From Eledone cirrhosa (lineage: Eukaryota): DNA of 64,000 bases. Both the position numbers and the translations under genes were made by a program. The notes under the pieces are model-generated. The model was not told where the DNA came from. It was given only the letters and a program-made list of their open reading frames with translations, and made no database searches. The DNA is taken from positions 196,912,001-196,976,000 of the forward strand of contig OZ024741.1 in assembly GCA_964016885.1 (NCBI GenBank). The letters run 5' to 3'. Within the stretch, counting starts at the first letter, position 1. Every line of letters begins with the position of its first letter. This document shows positions 12,420 through 26,191 of the stretch, piece by piece.

Positions 12420-13129
12420 CTGTAGTGAGGACCATCATTTCAGAAGATATGCACAATTAATGCATTTTTATGAGTAAATAGAATAATGAAGTTATAGAAG
12501 AAATTAGGAATTATTTTTTGATGAACAGAAAGCAACAAGGGATCCATTAACAAAAAGACAGGTATCTGTAATTGGTAGACATTAAAAAAATCAAATTCTT
12601 TATAGAGAAAAAAGGTATTTTAAAATACAAAACTGCAATCAAGGGACAACATATACTTCCACAATAAACTAGATTTAAGCAAATATTCTAGCTATAAAAG
12701 GTGAAATCCTACTTAGAGGCATTATGTTTAAAGAAACTGAATGCATCTTGTCCTTTGTGCTTAATGAAATGTAATATAATAAATGATATTTTGTGAAAAT
12801 CCTGAATTGACTAGAGATTCTGTGGCACTAATAATGTATTAACTGAATAATCATAAACAGTGTTCCATGAAATATAAAATACAGAAGTAGTATAGTCTCA
12901 ATAAACGCAATCATATTGATGATGAAACTGATTTTAAACTGAAAAATCTACTTTAAAAAATGAGGGTATTTTACAATATTGTTTCAAAAAGAATGTGTGT
13001 ATATGTATATATATATGGATGAATCAGTTCTGATGACACCAAAGGAGTGCTGTTTTGACATGGGCACCTTAAACCTTGTAGAGCCATCCACCTCCAGGCC
13101 TGAATACAGCCAATTTCTTCTTCTTCTTC

Positions 13130-13270
<141 letters not shown>

Positions 13271-14554
13271 GGGGAAGTGAAAAAAAGATATAGAGGAAGA
13301 ATTGACCCTAGTACTAGACTGGTACTTTTTTCATCAATCTCGAAAGGATGAGAGACAAAGTTGACCTTGGTGGGATTTGAGTGCAGAGAACTGGAATAAA
13401 CATGGCAAAGCATTCTATCTAATGTTGAAACAACTCTGCCAATTTTCTACCTGTCTTAGAAGAAAATATGTTACTTTGAATAACTGAATAATTGTGGTTC
13501 GTAAAATCGAGAATGAGTTCAAAGAATTAATGCTTTTAATGCTTTGTGCTGCAATTTACTCCTAGTCTTTTCAAAAACTTCTTCCATTGTGACATTGGAA
13601 TAATCATTAAGTGATGATCTAGAAAATTCTGGAAGTTGTCAGCAGTTATTTTCATTGGATTTTGATGCAACTCCCTCCTGTATTCCACAAATCTTCATTT
13701 TGAAAGGATTTAAGAAACAAAATAGCTTGCCTACTTTATAATATAGTGTAGTTTGAATAAGTTTGTATGCTGTGGGGAGAGGAGGGATAGGATATTTTGA
13801 AACCCATCCTTTGTCTGAAATAAAGTCCTTTTACTCATACATTTTCCTGAGACTCAGTTCCTTTTTGCTACTTTATAATACATGTATTTTCTAAATGTAA
13901 TAATTGCATTCATAAAGTCAAATCTAAATTTAAAAAAAAGTTACAAAAACAGGGGTGATGTGGGCATTAAGGATTTACAATTTATGCTACACAAGTTCCA
14001 TTTAGTACTATTGAAAACCCTTACCACAAAACTTCATATTTGTAATCAGAAATAAGAACAATGTATCAAGATGCTACTGAGTATGTTTAATTAAGACAAC
14101 TTTCTATAATCATATAGTAGTAGGGATTAGCACAATATTGTTGAAGACTGTAGAGTTTAAGAATTATGAGATATAGTAAGATTGAAATGGTAATGAGGAG
14201 ATTAAGTTGATAAAAATAGACTACTTTTACACCAGGACCGAGACTTGAAAGCCTGGCAACAGGTTCAGAACATTCTGGCACTCTTTCACAAGAAACATAT
14301 TTCAGGATGCTTTTTTTTATATACTCTATTTTCTAAATCTGAGGGTGCCATATTGAAAAAAGCTGGGGTAAGTGCCATCCAGTGTCTCACACCCCCTCCT
14401 TGGTGACAGCCCAGGCTTGACATCCAATTAATAATGAGATTGTGAAACAGGTGTACTTTGTTTAATTTATTCTCTTTATAAAAAAACCATTACAAACTAA
14501 AAAAACCCTCCTTTACAGAAACATTTGGTCTTATTAATGTTTTTTATATCTGGT

Positions 14555-14588
<34 letters not shown>

Positions 14589-15014
14589 ACATGAAAGCAG
14601 AAGAGAAAAAGACGGATAAAGTAACAGGAAGGGAAAGTGAATAAAAAGGAAAAGGTAGAGAAATTAGGAGTACAGACAATAAGAAAGGGGAGAGAAGGAG
14701 GTTGACAAAAAAGTAGGTACTATAGGTAATGGTAGGTATATCAGGTCCAGTAGGTATTTGATAAAGACCTTCATTGAAGTCTCATAGTAACTTATCCATC
14801 CAAGTAATTCTGTAGCTCTATGAGGGTCTTTGTTTCTGAAAGACACACTCAACTGCATCCCCATCAAGTTCCAACTAAATGAACTGCTAACCCTGTTAAA
14901 AGGTATGGATCACATTACTATCAGGTTGAATGACATAATATAGTAAGTATTTAACCCCTTTAATACCATAAAGTCTGAAACCACCTCTAGTTCTATGATA
15001 CAAAACTGTTTTAA

Positions 15015-15211
15015 CCCTTTAATGTTCAAACCAGCCAGAATTCTCTACCTCTTTCTGTTGAAACTGGCTGTAACTGGTTGCTCAAACTGATGTTAAGGTA
15101 TTGTTCTCAAAATAAATACTTTCAAAATCTCATAGATTCGATATTATGTGAGATAAAGCCTTTACCATGAAAATATAGTAGTATATATAGAGTAATGTGA
15201 ATGTTAAAGGG
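15015..15211. mobile_element. TTAA-target MITE family B
   Basis: TTAA on both sides (15011-14 and 15212-15), TIRs CCCTTTAATGTTCA / TGAATGTTAAAGGG. A closely similar copy lies at 56335-56553. Confidence 0.85.
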
Positions 15212-15225
15212 TTAAAGTGTTTCAA

Positions 15226-15765
15226 TGGACTTGGTGAATACCCACAAAGTTTTTAACCATCTCGCCAACTGCAACCCTGAGCGCCTCTTTGATCTCCATG
15301 TGTCTAACACACGTGGACATGCCTACAAGATAAGAAAACAGCACAGCTCCCATGACTTTCGCAGACATTTTTTCACGCTCAGAGTTGCTGAAGCATGGAA
15401 CAAACTGCCTGCGTCAATTGTTAGCTGCCGAGACACTGCATCCTTTAAGACACTCATGCTTCCCAAAATACGCCAAAACTACACCTGATGTACCCCTTCC
15501 ATACACATGCACACGTGTGTATCATGACTCGTGCACTGTTCATTTTACTGATGTTTGTGCATTGCCCTATGTACTGTACATGCACTTTTTTGATGAGTTG
15601 TGGTGCACCTGGGCACTGTGCACAATATTTTGTTATTGTTATTATATCATGACTCATACACTGTTTATTTTCCTGACATTTGTACATTATTCTATGTACT
15701 ATACATGCACCTTTGATGAGTTGTAGTGCACCTGAGCACTGTACACAATAATTTCATTATTATTA
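15226..15765 (+). mobile_element. CR1-like LINE 3' fragment with a duplicated 3' end
   Basis: TRGHAYKIRK...RRHFFTLRVAEAWNKLP..IV...SFK is a CR1-type C-terminus. The 3' UTR with (ATT)n tail occurs twice; short tail copies also at about 18085-18185 and 39430-39555. Confidence 0.85.
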
Positions 15766-18439
15766 TATATTGATCTGAAAATTTTCCATCATAATTTAAT
15801 CTAAGAACCTTTATTAAGTTAGGCTCTACACCAACTTAATAATAGAGAAGTTAATTATTTTATTAAATCCTTCCAAATTCTTGATTATTTTCAAAATTAT
15901 TTGAATAAGCTGTGTATTTCATTAGAATCACAGTAACAAAATGGTTAAAACTTGAAATGCTACAAAAAACCTGAGTATTGTATTTCTCCTTTCTTTTTAT
16001 TGTTCACTTGGCTTCTGAGTCTTATTTTCAAACCCAGCTGTTGTAAAAGTCAACTGTACTTGTGGCAGAAGCTAGTTGCAGGCACATGTTCTAGAAGTCA
16101 ACTGTGCTTGTATAAGCCAGTTGCACTTGCTGCATATGCAAACTGTGCTTGTTGTATATGACAACTGTACAGACCTAGTCACCTGACCAGTCTGGCTTCA
16201 GTACGCAATGTCTAAGCTATGCAAGTATGGAAAATAGTTGTTAATCAGTGATGATGTTGAATTTTTACAGAGGATTTATCACTATGTAGTTTTTCTGTAT
16301 TCTATTTTTGAGCCTGTATTCTTTGAATATCAATAAAAACTCAGTTGTTTTATTAGTTGCACTCACTTTCTTCACAATTTATATTTTAGGCTGTTGTTAA
16401 CTTCTGACAACTGTTTTTAGTCGTTTCTGGTGCCACACCTGAATAGTGGAGTTTCCATCCTCCTGCACTAGTTCGTGCTTCTTGCTCCCTTCCTCCTGGG
16501 GGTCTCTGGATACGTAATTGTTTTTAGTAGTTGTCAAATTACTTGAGATTAATTACTTTGAACAAATTTTCAAATAGATATCATTTACTTGAAGGTATGT
16601 TGCAAACAGTCAGTAGCAACATGGTATTTCTTGAAGTTTTTTCCCAAATACTTTGACAAGTCATCCATAGTCAGGTATTTCTTGAAAGTAAGTGCTGTAT
16701 GTTTGATCATTCTGAAACCAAGTATTATTACTTGGCATTTATAGAATGTTAATTTATCATCATTTAGTATATCTCATCTTTGTTGCTGTTATAATTGTTT
16801 CTACTTTAGGCACAAGGCCAGCAATTACCCAGTGCATTACTGGTACTTTATTTTATCGACCCCATAAGGATGAAAGGCAAAGTCAACCTCGGCTGTTATA
16901 ATAAAGTCTGTACAGGGTACTGGATTGACAGAGTCATTAGAATGCAGGACAAATAATTAGCAATATTTGTTCTGGCTCTTTATGTTCATAGTTCAAATCC
17001 TGTTAATATCAATTTTATTTTTCATCCTTCTGAGGTAGATAAAATAAAATGCCAGTTAAATACTGGGGTTGATATAATTGACTTTCCCTTACTCTAAAAT
17101 TGCTGAACTAGTGCCAAATATTTGTCCAAGTTCTTTGTTGAAGTCACACATTAAAGTACTCACCCCAGAAGTGCAAGTCATACAAGGTTCTTTGTCCCAG
17201 ACGCCTTATTTAACTGTGTCCCCGAGATCCTCATACAAGCTTCTTTGCTTCTAATTAACCGTATCCCCAAGCCTCTGCATCAAATTGTTAGCTCTGGTAA
17301 GTGATACAGACCATATGACTAGTGAGTTGTGTCACAAGACAGAGAATGTATGCTACAACAACTGCCATGTTATATAGTAGGTATGCTAAGTGTGTTGGCT
17401 CACCTAAAAAATTATTAGAGGGAAGCTCCAGTGTCACTTGTGCTGTGTGATTGAGTGTGCAGATATTCCTTTTCTTCCTTATTACCCATCTTCCTTTTTT
17501 TGTTTTCGGGTGAGGGTGTACAGTATATATCTGGATAGTCTTATTCATCATATAAATTGCACTGACAATGTGATCTTAATAAAATACCCCATATATATAT
17601 TCTTTATGATGATACTTGTACAGAAAGTTTCATCTGTAACACATTTAAACTTCATCATTATCTTCATTATCCAAACATGTATTAGGTTAATGAGTAATTA
17701 CTTTCATTTGAGCCACATTTCTATCTTTATATTTAGTTATGTAAAACATTAGGACACAAAATCAAATCACCAGAATTTCAGGAGACTAGAACAGCATCAA
17801 CAAGTATCAATTGTTCCTTGAAATATTAACCCTTTTGATATAACCTCCATCCAAACAGACTCTGGTTCTATGAAACAGAACCATTCCTTTTAAAGTATTT
17901 CTATTCAAATTAAACTCTTCCAACATAATTTAATATATGGACCTTTTGTAAATTATGTTACAAACATATTGTAATAAATAAGTAATTAATAATTTTAGTA
18001 AATCCCTGCAAATTCTACCTTAATTAATTCAAATAAAGTCTATTTCATGAAACATGGCAACGAAAGGGTTTAATATGTACTTCCCTGACATTTGTGTATT
18101 ATTCTATGTACTATATTGACGAGTTGTAGTGCACCTGAGCACTTTACACAATAATTTCATTATTATTATTATTATTATTATTATATAATAGTTTTTCTAT
18201 CCCCGATCATTCCTTTTTACTTTTTATTACGCTGTGCCAAATTTTCTTTGCCAGTAACTATCTTCTCTCAGCCACTCATGCATCTGTTACAACTCTCTTT
18301 TTTTCATGGTGTACATGGTCAGACTTCTGGGATATAAAATGAATCAATCATTGAATGCAAATATAGTCAGACCTCTAGAGAATAGCAAACTCCAGAGACA
18401 TACACACAGAATAATTTGAGAATATTTAGAAAATGTCAT

Positions 18440-19225
18440 CATCCTCATCATTGTCGTTTTAACATTTGCTTTCCCTGCTAGCAAGTCAGTACTGAAACAG
18501 TCACAACTGATTTCCCAGACAAGCCAGGGATCTGTCGTCTTGCTTATGTACAGTCTCATGTTCTACCAAGTGCACAGAGGAGGTTGTCATGTCTTTGACA
18601 TAACTGAGGTTCTTCCCAACCCTTTTTTTGGCAAGCTTTCTTTGGCTAGATGTCCTTCCTATCACCAACCACTTTACAGCATGTACTGGGTGCATTTATC
18701 GTGTAGATCAGCAAACACTGTGGAGGATGTTATGCCTTGACATGACTAAAGGGTCCTCCAGACCCTTTGTTTGGCAAGCTGTCCACAGTTTGATGCCCTT
18801 CCCATCACCAACCACTTCACAAAAGAGCAGCAGCTACGAGCATGAGTACAGAGGGGATATGGGGTGTGTGTGGTGATAATTGTAGTGGTTTTGAGGATAG
18901 CTGTTAGTGAGCTGTGGAGGAAGGAGAGATGTCAAACCACATTGTATGCTGGAGATTGGGTTATCTTTATCACCATATAGTGCCATCTCTCACGATAATT
19001 AGTAATTTCTATTGTGAAGTTTAGTTTTTTTAAGGTCAGCCTTCACAACCTCATCCCATGTCTTCCTGGGTCTACCTCTTCTACAGGTCCCAGCAACTGG
19101 GATTTCTCTGCATTTCTTTATGCAGCTGTTATATTCCATGCGCATCAGATATCCATACCAACACAGTCTTCTCTCCAGCACTGTTTACAATTCCTAACTA
19201 ACCCTCACATCAATGGCATCTATCA
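18440..19225 (-). mobile_element. Old RTE 3' fragment
   Basis: LERRLCWYGYLMRM...RGRPRKTWDEVV plus decayed 3' UTR and (GAT)n tail, homologous to the end of the 6983-9991 element. Confidence 0.75.
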
Positions 19226-20434
19226 GTGAAACTATATATGTATACGTTTACTACTAGATAGAATATCTAATGAAGAAAAGGAGTGAAACTTCAGTACTAA
19301 CCAATATCATTTTTCATAGGTATTTTATCAATATTTTATTTCCAGTACAGTTATTATTGCTTTGCTTTTTTCTCTTTAGTTTATCCTCAAATATTCTGGT
19401 CTCCCTTCAATGTTTATTACTCTAAAACTATGAAATACTTTTACTGACCATCAGTAGACCACATGCATCATGTCATACAACATCACAGTTAGAGTCAATT
19501 GTAATTTTGTCATTAAATTGATAAGAAACAATCACAATTTTCTTACTTTTAATTGTTTCATGAATTGTAAATAAAAAGAAAATTAAGTTAAACAAAAGCT
19601 ATTGAAAGAGCTAATTGTTAATTAAAAGAATAGGTCACAATCACAACTATTTGATGGACACACAACAAAACAATTGTACCTAACGAGGACTCGTACCTAA
19701 CGAGGACTTGTATCTAATGGTATCTCATGCTACAGTAATCTACTCTCAACACATCAAGTACACACAGCAACATTGCAATACATATCTAACACCCAATTGG
19801 GTCCTGCATCTTGAAAGGGTAGATCTGTACAGGGCCACTGGAAATTATACTCTAGTCATGGACATAGAACAGTAACAGTGAGGGGATATGAGCCATTGAC
19901 TCTTAGAGGCATTCTAGAAAAAGGGTGGAGGAAAAGATGACGAGACTACACGTGCTCTCAGGTTTGACCAAATAAATTCTGGAATAGCAATTTTTACCAC
20001 GATTTGAAATATCATGTTTGATTGGCACAGATTGAAAAGAATGGAGAAGAGATATATTTGATGGTGTACAAATGCTGCACAGAAAACAAAGACCAGTTTT
20101 TTAAGTAGGAATTACAATAGAAGTAGAATTATTTTCTTACAGAATCTACTAATGCCATTAATATTAATGATCCACAAAATAAAAATGTTCATTGATGGAA
20201 TTTATTTAGAAAATTTATGAAAAGTTTTCATTTTAGTTTCATTTTCTTGAAACAATATATTTAATTTATTTAAAATTAAATATGAATAATAAAAGATCTG
20301 AATAGTTAACAGAAGATATATAACTGCAGTACCTTATCTACTTGGCCTTTACCAGAAAACATAATTTTATATAAGGTTTGACTTTACATTAAAGGGAAAG
20401 TTGTTTAGACATTATACATATTTCACTAATTGAA

Positions 20435-20465
<31 letters not shown>

Positions 20466-20494
20466 TTGATACGCATATATAAAAATATATGCAC

Positions 20495-20626
20495 CTTAAT
20501 TGGAGCCAGGTGTTGAAATCAGATAAAGTTTGAGGTCCATTTAATAGAGGAAGTGATGTTGCAGTGCGAAGTTCCCTTGGAGTCGAACTTTCAGAGTCAC
20601 TGGATTTATTATATAATCTCGGAATG
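20495..20626 (-). CDS. EML: EML candidate 132-nt exon ending PQTLSDFNTWLQL
   Basis: Branch-point-like gactaac, then tttcacctacag|CATTCCG...CAATTAAG|gtgcat. Phase 2-2 with 43 open codons (IPRLYNKSSDSESSTPRELRTATSLPLLNGPQTLSDFNTWLQL). Confidence 0.78.
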
Positions 20627-20896
20627 CTGTAGGTGAAAGTTAGTCATTTTACATTTTTACCTTTATAGATATAAAAATCTTTGGTAAATAAATTACTTGG
20701 ATTAATTCTGTAGCACCCAGTGTTAATCAATATTAACTCTTTAAATACTACAGTCTTATGGGAAAAAATTGAAAAAAGTGAACTGGAAGCATGGACAAGC
20801 TGTAAAGATTCTTTGTTTGAACAACATTGTTTGAATAAGATTGTTTCATGCAAGAAATACTATTTGATGATCATTGTAGAATTATTGATAATTAAA

Positions 20897-20930
<34 letters not shown>

Positions 20931-23900
20931 TGTGGTGTGTGGTGTGTGTGTGTGTGTGTGGTGTGGTGTGTGGTGTGGTGTGTGGTGTGTATATAACCAT
21001 CATCATCATCATTTAATGTCTGAGAAAACATGTTAAATGATATTAGTAATGATATATATAGATAATGATATATACAAAAGAAAAATTTACTTTTTGCAAC
21101 AAACACCTTACGCTTACCTTAAACATGCTGAAAAAGACTAATAAATATATTTTTCTGCATATTGATAATTTAAACATTATAGAGTTTATATATATATATA
21201 TAATTACACAGATGTGCACGCACACACACACATTATATATATATATTTTTTAAAATAGACCTCCCTTGCAAAAGTATCCATTAACCAGCACTTATTTCAT
21301 CAAAGAATATACTATGTCTATTTTATAGCCAGCTAGGGTAAATGTTGAGGGCATACAAAAAAGAAAAGTTTAGTAAAATGTCAGTCATTTTCAAAATATC
21401 CAATCTATTTTCAGAATTAATTGATAGACTGTAGTATTTTGTTGCATACTTGAATTAAACAAAATCCAGTGGCTGATATTGTGAAGTGTGTGAAAGTCTA
21501 AAAGAGGTAAAAAGCTTTAAGATATTCAACATATAACAGGGAATAATTTGATTTTTTTATAAGAAGCTACTGATTCTATATCCCATAGAAAAGAAATTAA
21601 GATTTGATAAAGAACCATCACAGAAGCAACTCATAAGGATGAGGAGTAAAGGGAAATAATAGTTAAAGAAGCTGAAGAGTTTGGATAATTTAAACTTAAT
21701 CTAAAAACTATTTTAATTTTACTTTAACTATCACCTCAAAATAGCATTCTAGTAAAAAATACATGTCAATTATAAAACAAAAACATTCTCTATGGTTAAA
21801 ATGAAGGTTTGGGGGGGGGGGGGGGGGGATGACCATTCTAGAATAAAGTTTATGTATGAAGCAGCAGTATTTTTATAAAAATTAATTCATTTCTCAAATA
21901 TTTTGTTTTTGTAAAAAAGAGGAGCAATTTTGAAATATTTTGTTGCATTCATTAACTTTAAAAGCTGTTTTATATATTAAACTCAGTAAATTAATGATCT
22001 AAGCAAAATAAAAGAACATTTAATATTTTCCAGTTCTATGTATGAAGACCCAAATCAATTTCCCCATCTTTCAAGCTATATCAAATTATATTTTATGGTA
22101 TACAATAAATTCAAATATTTAAAGCTGACATCTATGCATGTTTAGCTGGCTTCTTACAGGTTTGTATCTCGTAGATTTCTTGAGTGTTTTAATGATAGAG
22201 GCCCTATAATTATCATTGAAAACAATGTGAAATGAAGTGCTGCCTCAACGTGAAATGAAGTGTTGGACTCACAATCAGATGACTGTGAGTCCAACAGTCT
22301 AACCACTAAGTCATATGCTTTCACTAAGCAATAAATTGAATCAAATATATTACAATTGCATCGTAGTAAGTATTTGTACTATTAAAAAAAAAACAGACGC
22401 TCTCATACACTTGTATTCATTTTTGTCATTATTTTGTAATAATGATTTCTAATTTAAGCACAATGTGAGCAGATTTGAGGAAAAGGGCAACTTTGACAGG
22501 TACTTTATTTTATTGACTCCAGAAGAATGAAAAGCAAAGTTGAACTCAGAATATTAAAAGTCAGAACAAATACTACCATAACATTTTATCCAATGTTCTA
22601 CCAATTCTGCAAACCCACCATCCACATTCATTTTATTATAATAATACATATTACAACATTTCAAAGTCTTTTGGAATACATCTACTAACTACTCACCGAC
22701 ACTCTACTTTATTTCAGAGATACCAACATCAGTAACTAAATGATAGATGTATTACAAAAGATATTGATACCTAATAATATGCATTACTATTAAAAAATAA
22801 TAATGACTACTACTTTAGGCACAATTTTAAGGGGAAAGGATGTCAATTAAAACAACCCCAATGCTTAGCTGGAATTTTATTAACTTCAGAAGGATGAACA
22901 TAAAGAGCTAGAACCAAATGCTACAAAAGCATTTTGTTTGGTACTCTACAAATTCTGCCAATTCACTAACCACTATTATAAAATAATGAGAAATTAAAAG
23001 TGAATACAACAGTGTTATGTGAGTTTTTAATGACTAAGATAATATCTACTATGTTTTACTGCTAACATACTATATGAAATAAAATGCTTTTCAGACAAGT
23101 TCGACTCAAATATATAAAATTGCTAAAGATATTAAATTCTAAAATATACTTAATTTATTTAAAAAAAACTATAATTGAAATTCTAAGATGATTCATATAT
23201 CCAAGTTATAAAATAGACTTGTCAAAATGTTTTTTTAAATAAATGCATATATAGATTTAATAAATTTTGGTGAATGGGCAAATAATAATACTAATATGAT
23301 GGTAAAATATGCTTAGTAAGATTAGTAAAATTAAAACTTTGGCTAACAAAACATAAAAGAAAAGAAAAAAAATGGAGAAATATAATTAAAATTAAAAAAA
23401 ATATATATAATGGTTTTATAAAAATATTTTACCAATATTATTTCAATAATATCAAGATTTATATTTTATATATAGGAAAAAGTGAAAAGAACAGAAAAAA
23501 AAAGAAAAAGGATTAACAAGTAATTGCTTATTTCAGATAAATAAGTAGTTAGGAACACATACAACATGGAAATGAATGGAATCACAAAATCAAAAGAAAT
23601 AACATGGTGTGAGGTGCTGGATTTTAGTTACAACACATCAAATATAAACTCTTTGCAGCTATTTAACTAAACAATTCTATGTTTAATGTTACAATTTACC
23701 TTAAAGTAGATTGATTATTATATGTATTAATACCTATAGACTTTTGCTAGTTCAAACAAGAGTTAAAACGTTTTGAGAAGTTAAATTTTAAATACAAAAG
23801 AAAATACTCAGGTTTATGTTTATGCTAAGAGAGTGAATTAGAGCCTACTCCTTTATGAACAGATAACAAGGGGAATGACAACAGCTTTCTTTTATCACAA

Positions 23901-24234
23901 CATTAACACACCTTAATATTTGAAATAGACAATATATTTTAACAAAGCAAGGGTACATGTGAGGAGATGATTATGCTTACAAAAAAAAAACAACAACAAA
24001 AAAAACAACAACAAAGCTGGTAAAATGTTTTCATTAACCACTTATTCTTAACTAAACAAGGTTGTGTGTGTGTAGGGGGTGTTGTACATATGAACACAGC
24101 TGTGTTGTTTGCAGTTAGTGGAAAACTAAATATATTTTGTTGACAGAAGTGCAGTTTTTTTTAATGTGATATCAAATTTAAAAAAAAAATGTATTTAGAA
24201 AATACTTTTTTCTGTCTTAGAAAATCATAAACAC

Positions 24235-24399
24235 CTTGACTGAAACCATTTCTTGAAGTCTGTAAGAGTTTGTGGAGGCTGTTTAGCCTTTTCATGTTTA
24301 GCTGGTGACTTTGTAGAATTTTTTTTTCCACTTGGTACCTTGTTCTTCAGTTTTCTTGATGGGCAGGCTGGCAAACGGTTTGATGAAAGAGATGGAGCA
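24235..24399 (-). CDS. EML: EML candidate 165-nt exon, Lys/Ser/Pro-rich, ending PQTLTDFKKWFQS
   Basis: ttttacccacag|TGCTCC...CAGTCAAG|gtgttt. Phase 2-2 with 54 open codons (APSLSSNRLPACPSRKLKNKVPSGKKNSTKSPAKHEKAKQPPQTLTDFKKWFQS). The donor is weak, but the 3' end is paralogous to the 20495-20626 exon. Confidence 0.75.
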
Positions 24400-25399
24400 C
24401 TGTGGGTAAAAGTGGTGGTTTTATGATTGATTAAAATATGTATTTAACCACCATTAGTAAGCTATTGGAAACTTGATATGTGATAAACGTCTTTTTGTTT
24501 TAGATGTCCTCTACAATAAATGATGTAAAACCCTTTAATAGTTTTAATAAGAGAATCTAAAATATTATTTTAGGACTGATATTAATATAAGAAAACAATT
24601 AAAAGAATCATAATTATCTTCGATTTATAAGAAAATTAAAAGAAAGCTAATGTATATAATTTTGGAAGCAAAAATGGTTACAAATTATAAAAATCTTTGT
24701 CAAAACCATCTTGTTAACTGTTGTGAAAGGGAATTTGAATGATTGTATAATTGCATTTTGCTTAATCCTTAAATGCCTTTCTTTAAATCAAGATATTTGC
24801 ATGGGAACTAAATAAAGTAAAAATAATTTATATTGTTCAGTTTCATTTCCTTCCCATATATTAAAGTTATTAAAGGATTTTTGAAAATATTTTGTGCTCC
24901 AAAAGAAACAAAGAACTCAACTGACTAATAAAAGAGTTTATTAACTTCATATTACACTAATAAAATATTTAAACTAAAGTGACATGAAGAAAAAAGGACA
25001 GAGCCTCAAAATTGGTACAACATATTAACATTAATTACAAATTAAAATTGTTTATAATGTAGTTACAGAAAAGGATGATGGACAGAATAGATAGTGTCTG
25101 GGTTTAAGACAAATTAAATATGGAAGGCACTAATTCGAGTTGATTATAATAATAGAAAAACAGACTCTTTGGTTCAGAAAAATACAAAATAATCATTATG
25201 AAACACACACACACACATACTTAACTAAATACATTTAGAAAATCAAGTACAGCTATTTATTAATGACTAACAATTTCAAAGAGTACTATTGATTAGACTA
25301 TCATGCCTTATATTTTATAATTCTGACATGCTTAATTATAAATCTCTTCCTTGTTCTTTATTTACATAGCCGAAAATCTAGATGAATGTTGAATCTGTC

Positions 25400-25980
25400 T
25401 TTGTTATCCTTGCCATACTGTACCTCTAATTACCACTGATCTAGAGGACCACTTCACTAGATGTCTAATTCATTCAGATTGTCCTTGTCATACCATACCT
25501 CTAATTACCGCTGATCTAGGAAATATGGTCCAGATGTACGCTAGATGTCAACCTCCAGATGTACACTGGCGGTCAGTCTCCAGAGGACCACTTCACTAGA
25601 TGTCTAATTCCTTCAGATTGTCCTTGTCATACCATACCTCTAATTACCACTAATCTAGGAAATATGCTCCAGATGTATACTAGATGTCAACTGGAGGTCA
25701 GTCTCCAGAGGACCACTTCATTAGATGTCAACTTCATTCAGATTATATGTCTAATTCCTTCAGATTGTCCTTGTTATACCATACTTCTAATTACCACTAA
25801 TCTAGGAAATATGCTCCAGATGTATACTAGATGTCAACCTCCAGATGTATACTGGAGGTCAGTCTCCAGAGGACCACTTCACTAGATGTCAACTTCATTC
25901 AGATTGTCCTTGTTATACCATACCCTTAATTACCACTAATCTATGAAAAATGCTCCAAATGTATACTAGATGTCAACTTT
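25400..25980. repeat. Irregular minisatellite, about 4 units of roughly 120-160 bp
   Basis: Recurring blocks CAGAGGACCACTTCACTAGATGTC, CAGATTGTCCTTGT, CTAATTACCACTAATCTAGGAAATATGCTCCAGATGTATACTAGATGTCAAC. Confidence 0.9.
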
Positions 25981-26148
25981 ATTTACATTATCACTATAAT
26001 GTCAATAATGTCCATATGTCACACCTATTCCTTTAAAATTTCTGAATTTCCCCACAAGTCAATTAACACATATTTTCATTAACCTACAAGTACAATTTAT
26101 GTATATATATATAGAGAGATACATACATATTCATACATACATACATTC

Positions 26149-26191
<43 letters not shown>

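Noticed and set aside
22697-22735. Minus-strand 39-nt segment with tag acceptor and gtgagt donor
   Set aside because: Stop codons in all three frames.
24225-24399. Reading the 24.3-kb exon as a terminal exon ending ...FQSRCL*
   Set aside because: The paralogous 20.5-kb exon has a donor at the equivalent position, which favours an internal exon. A read-through truncated isoform cannot be excluded.
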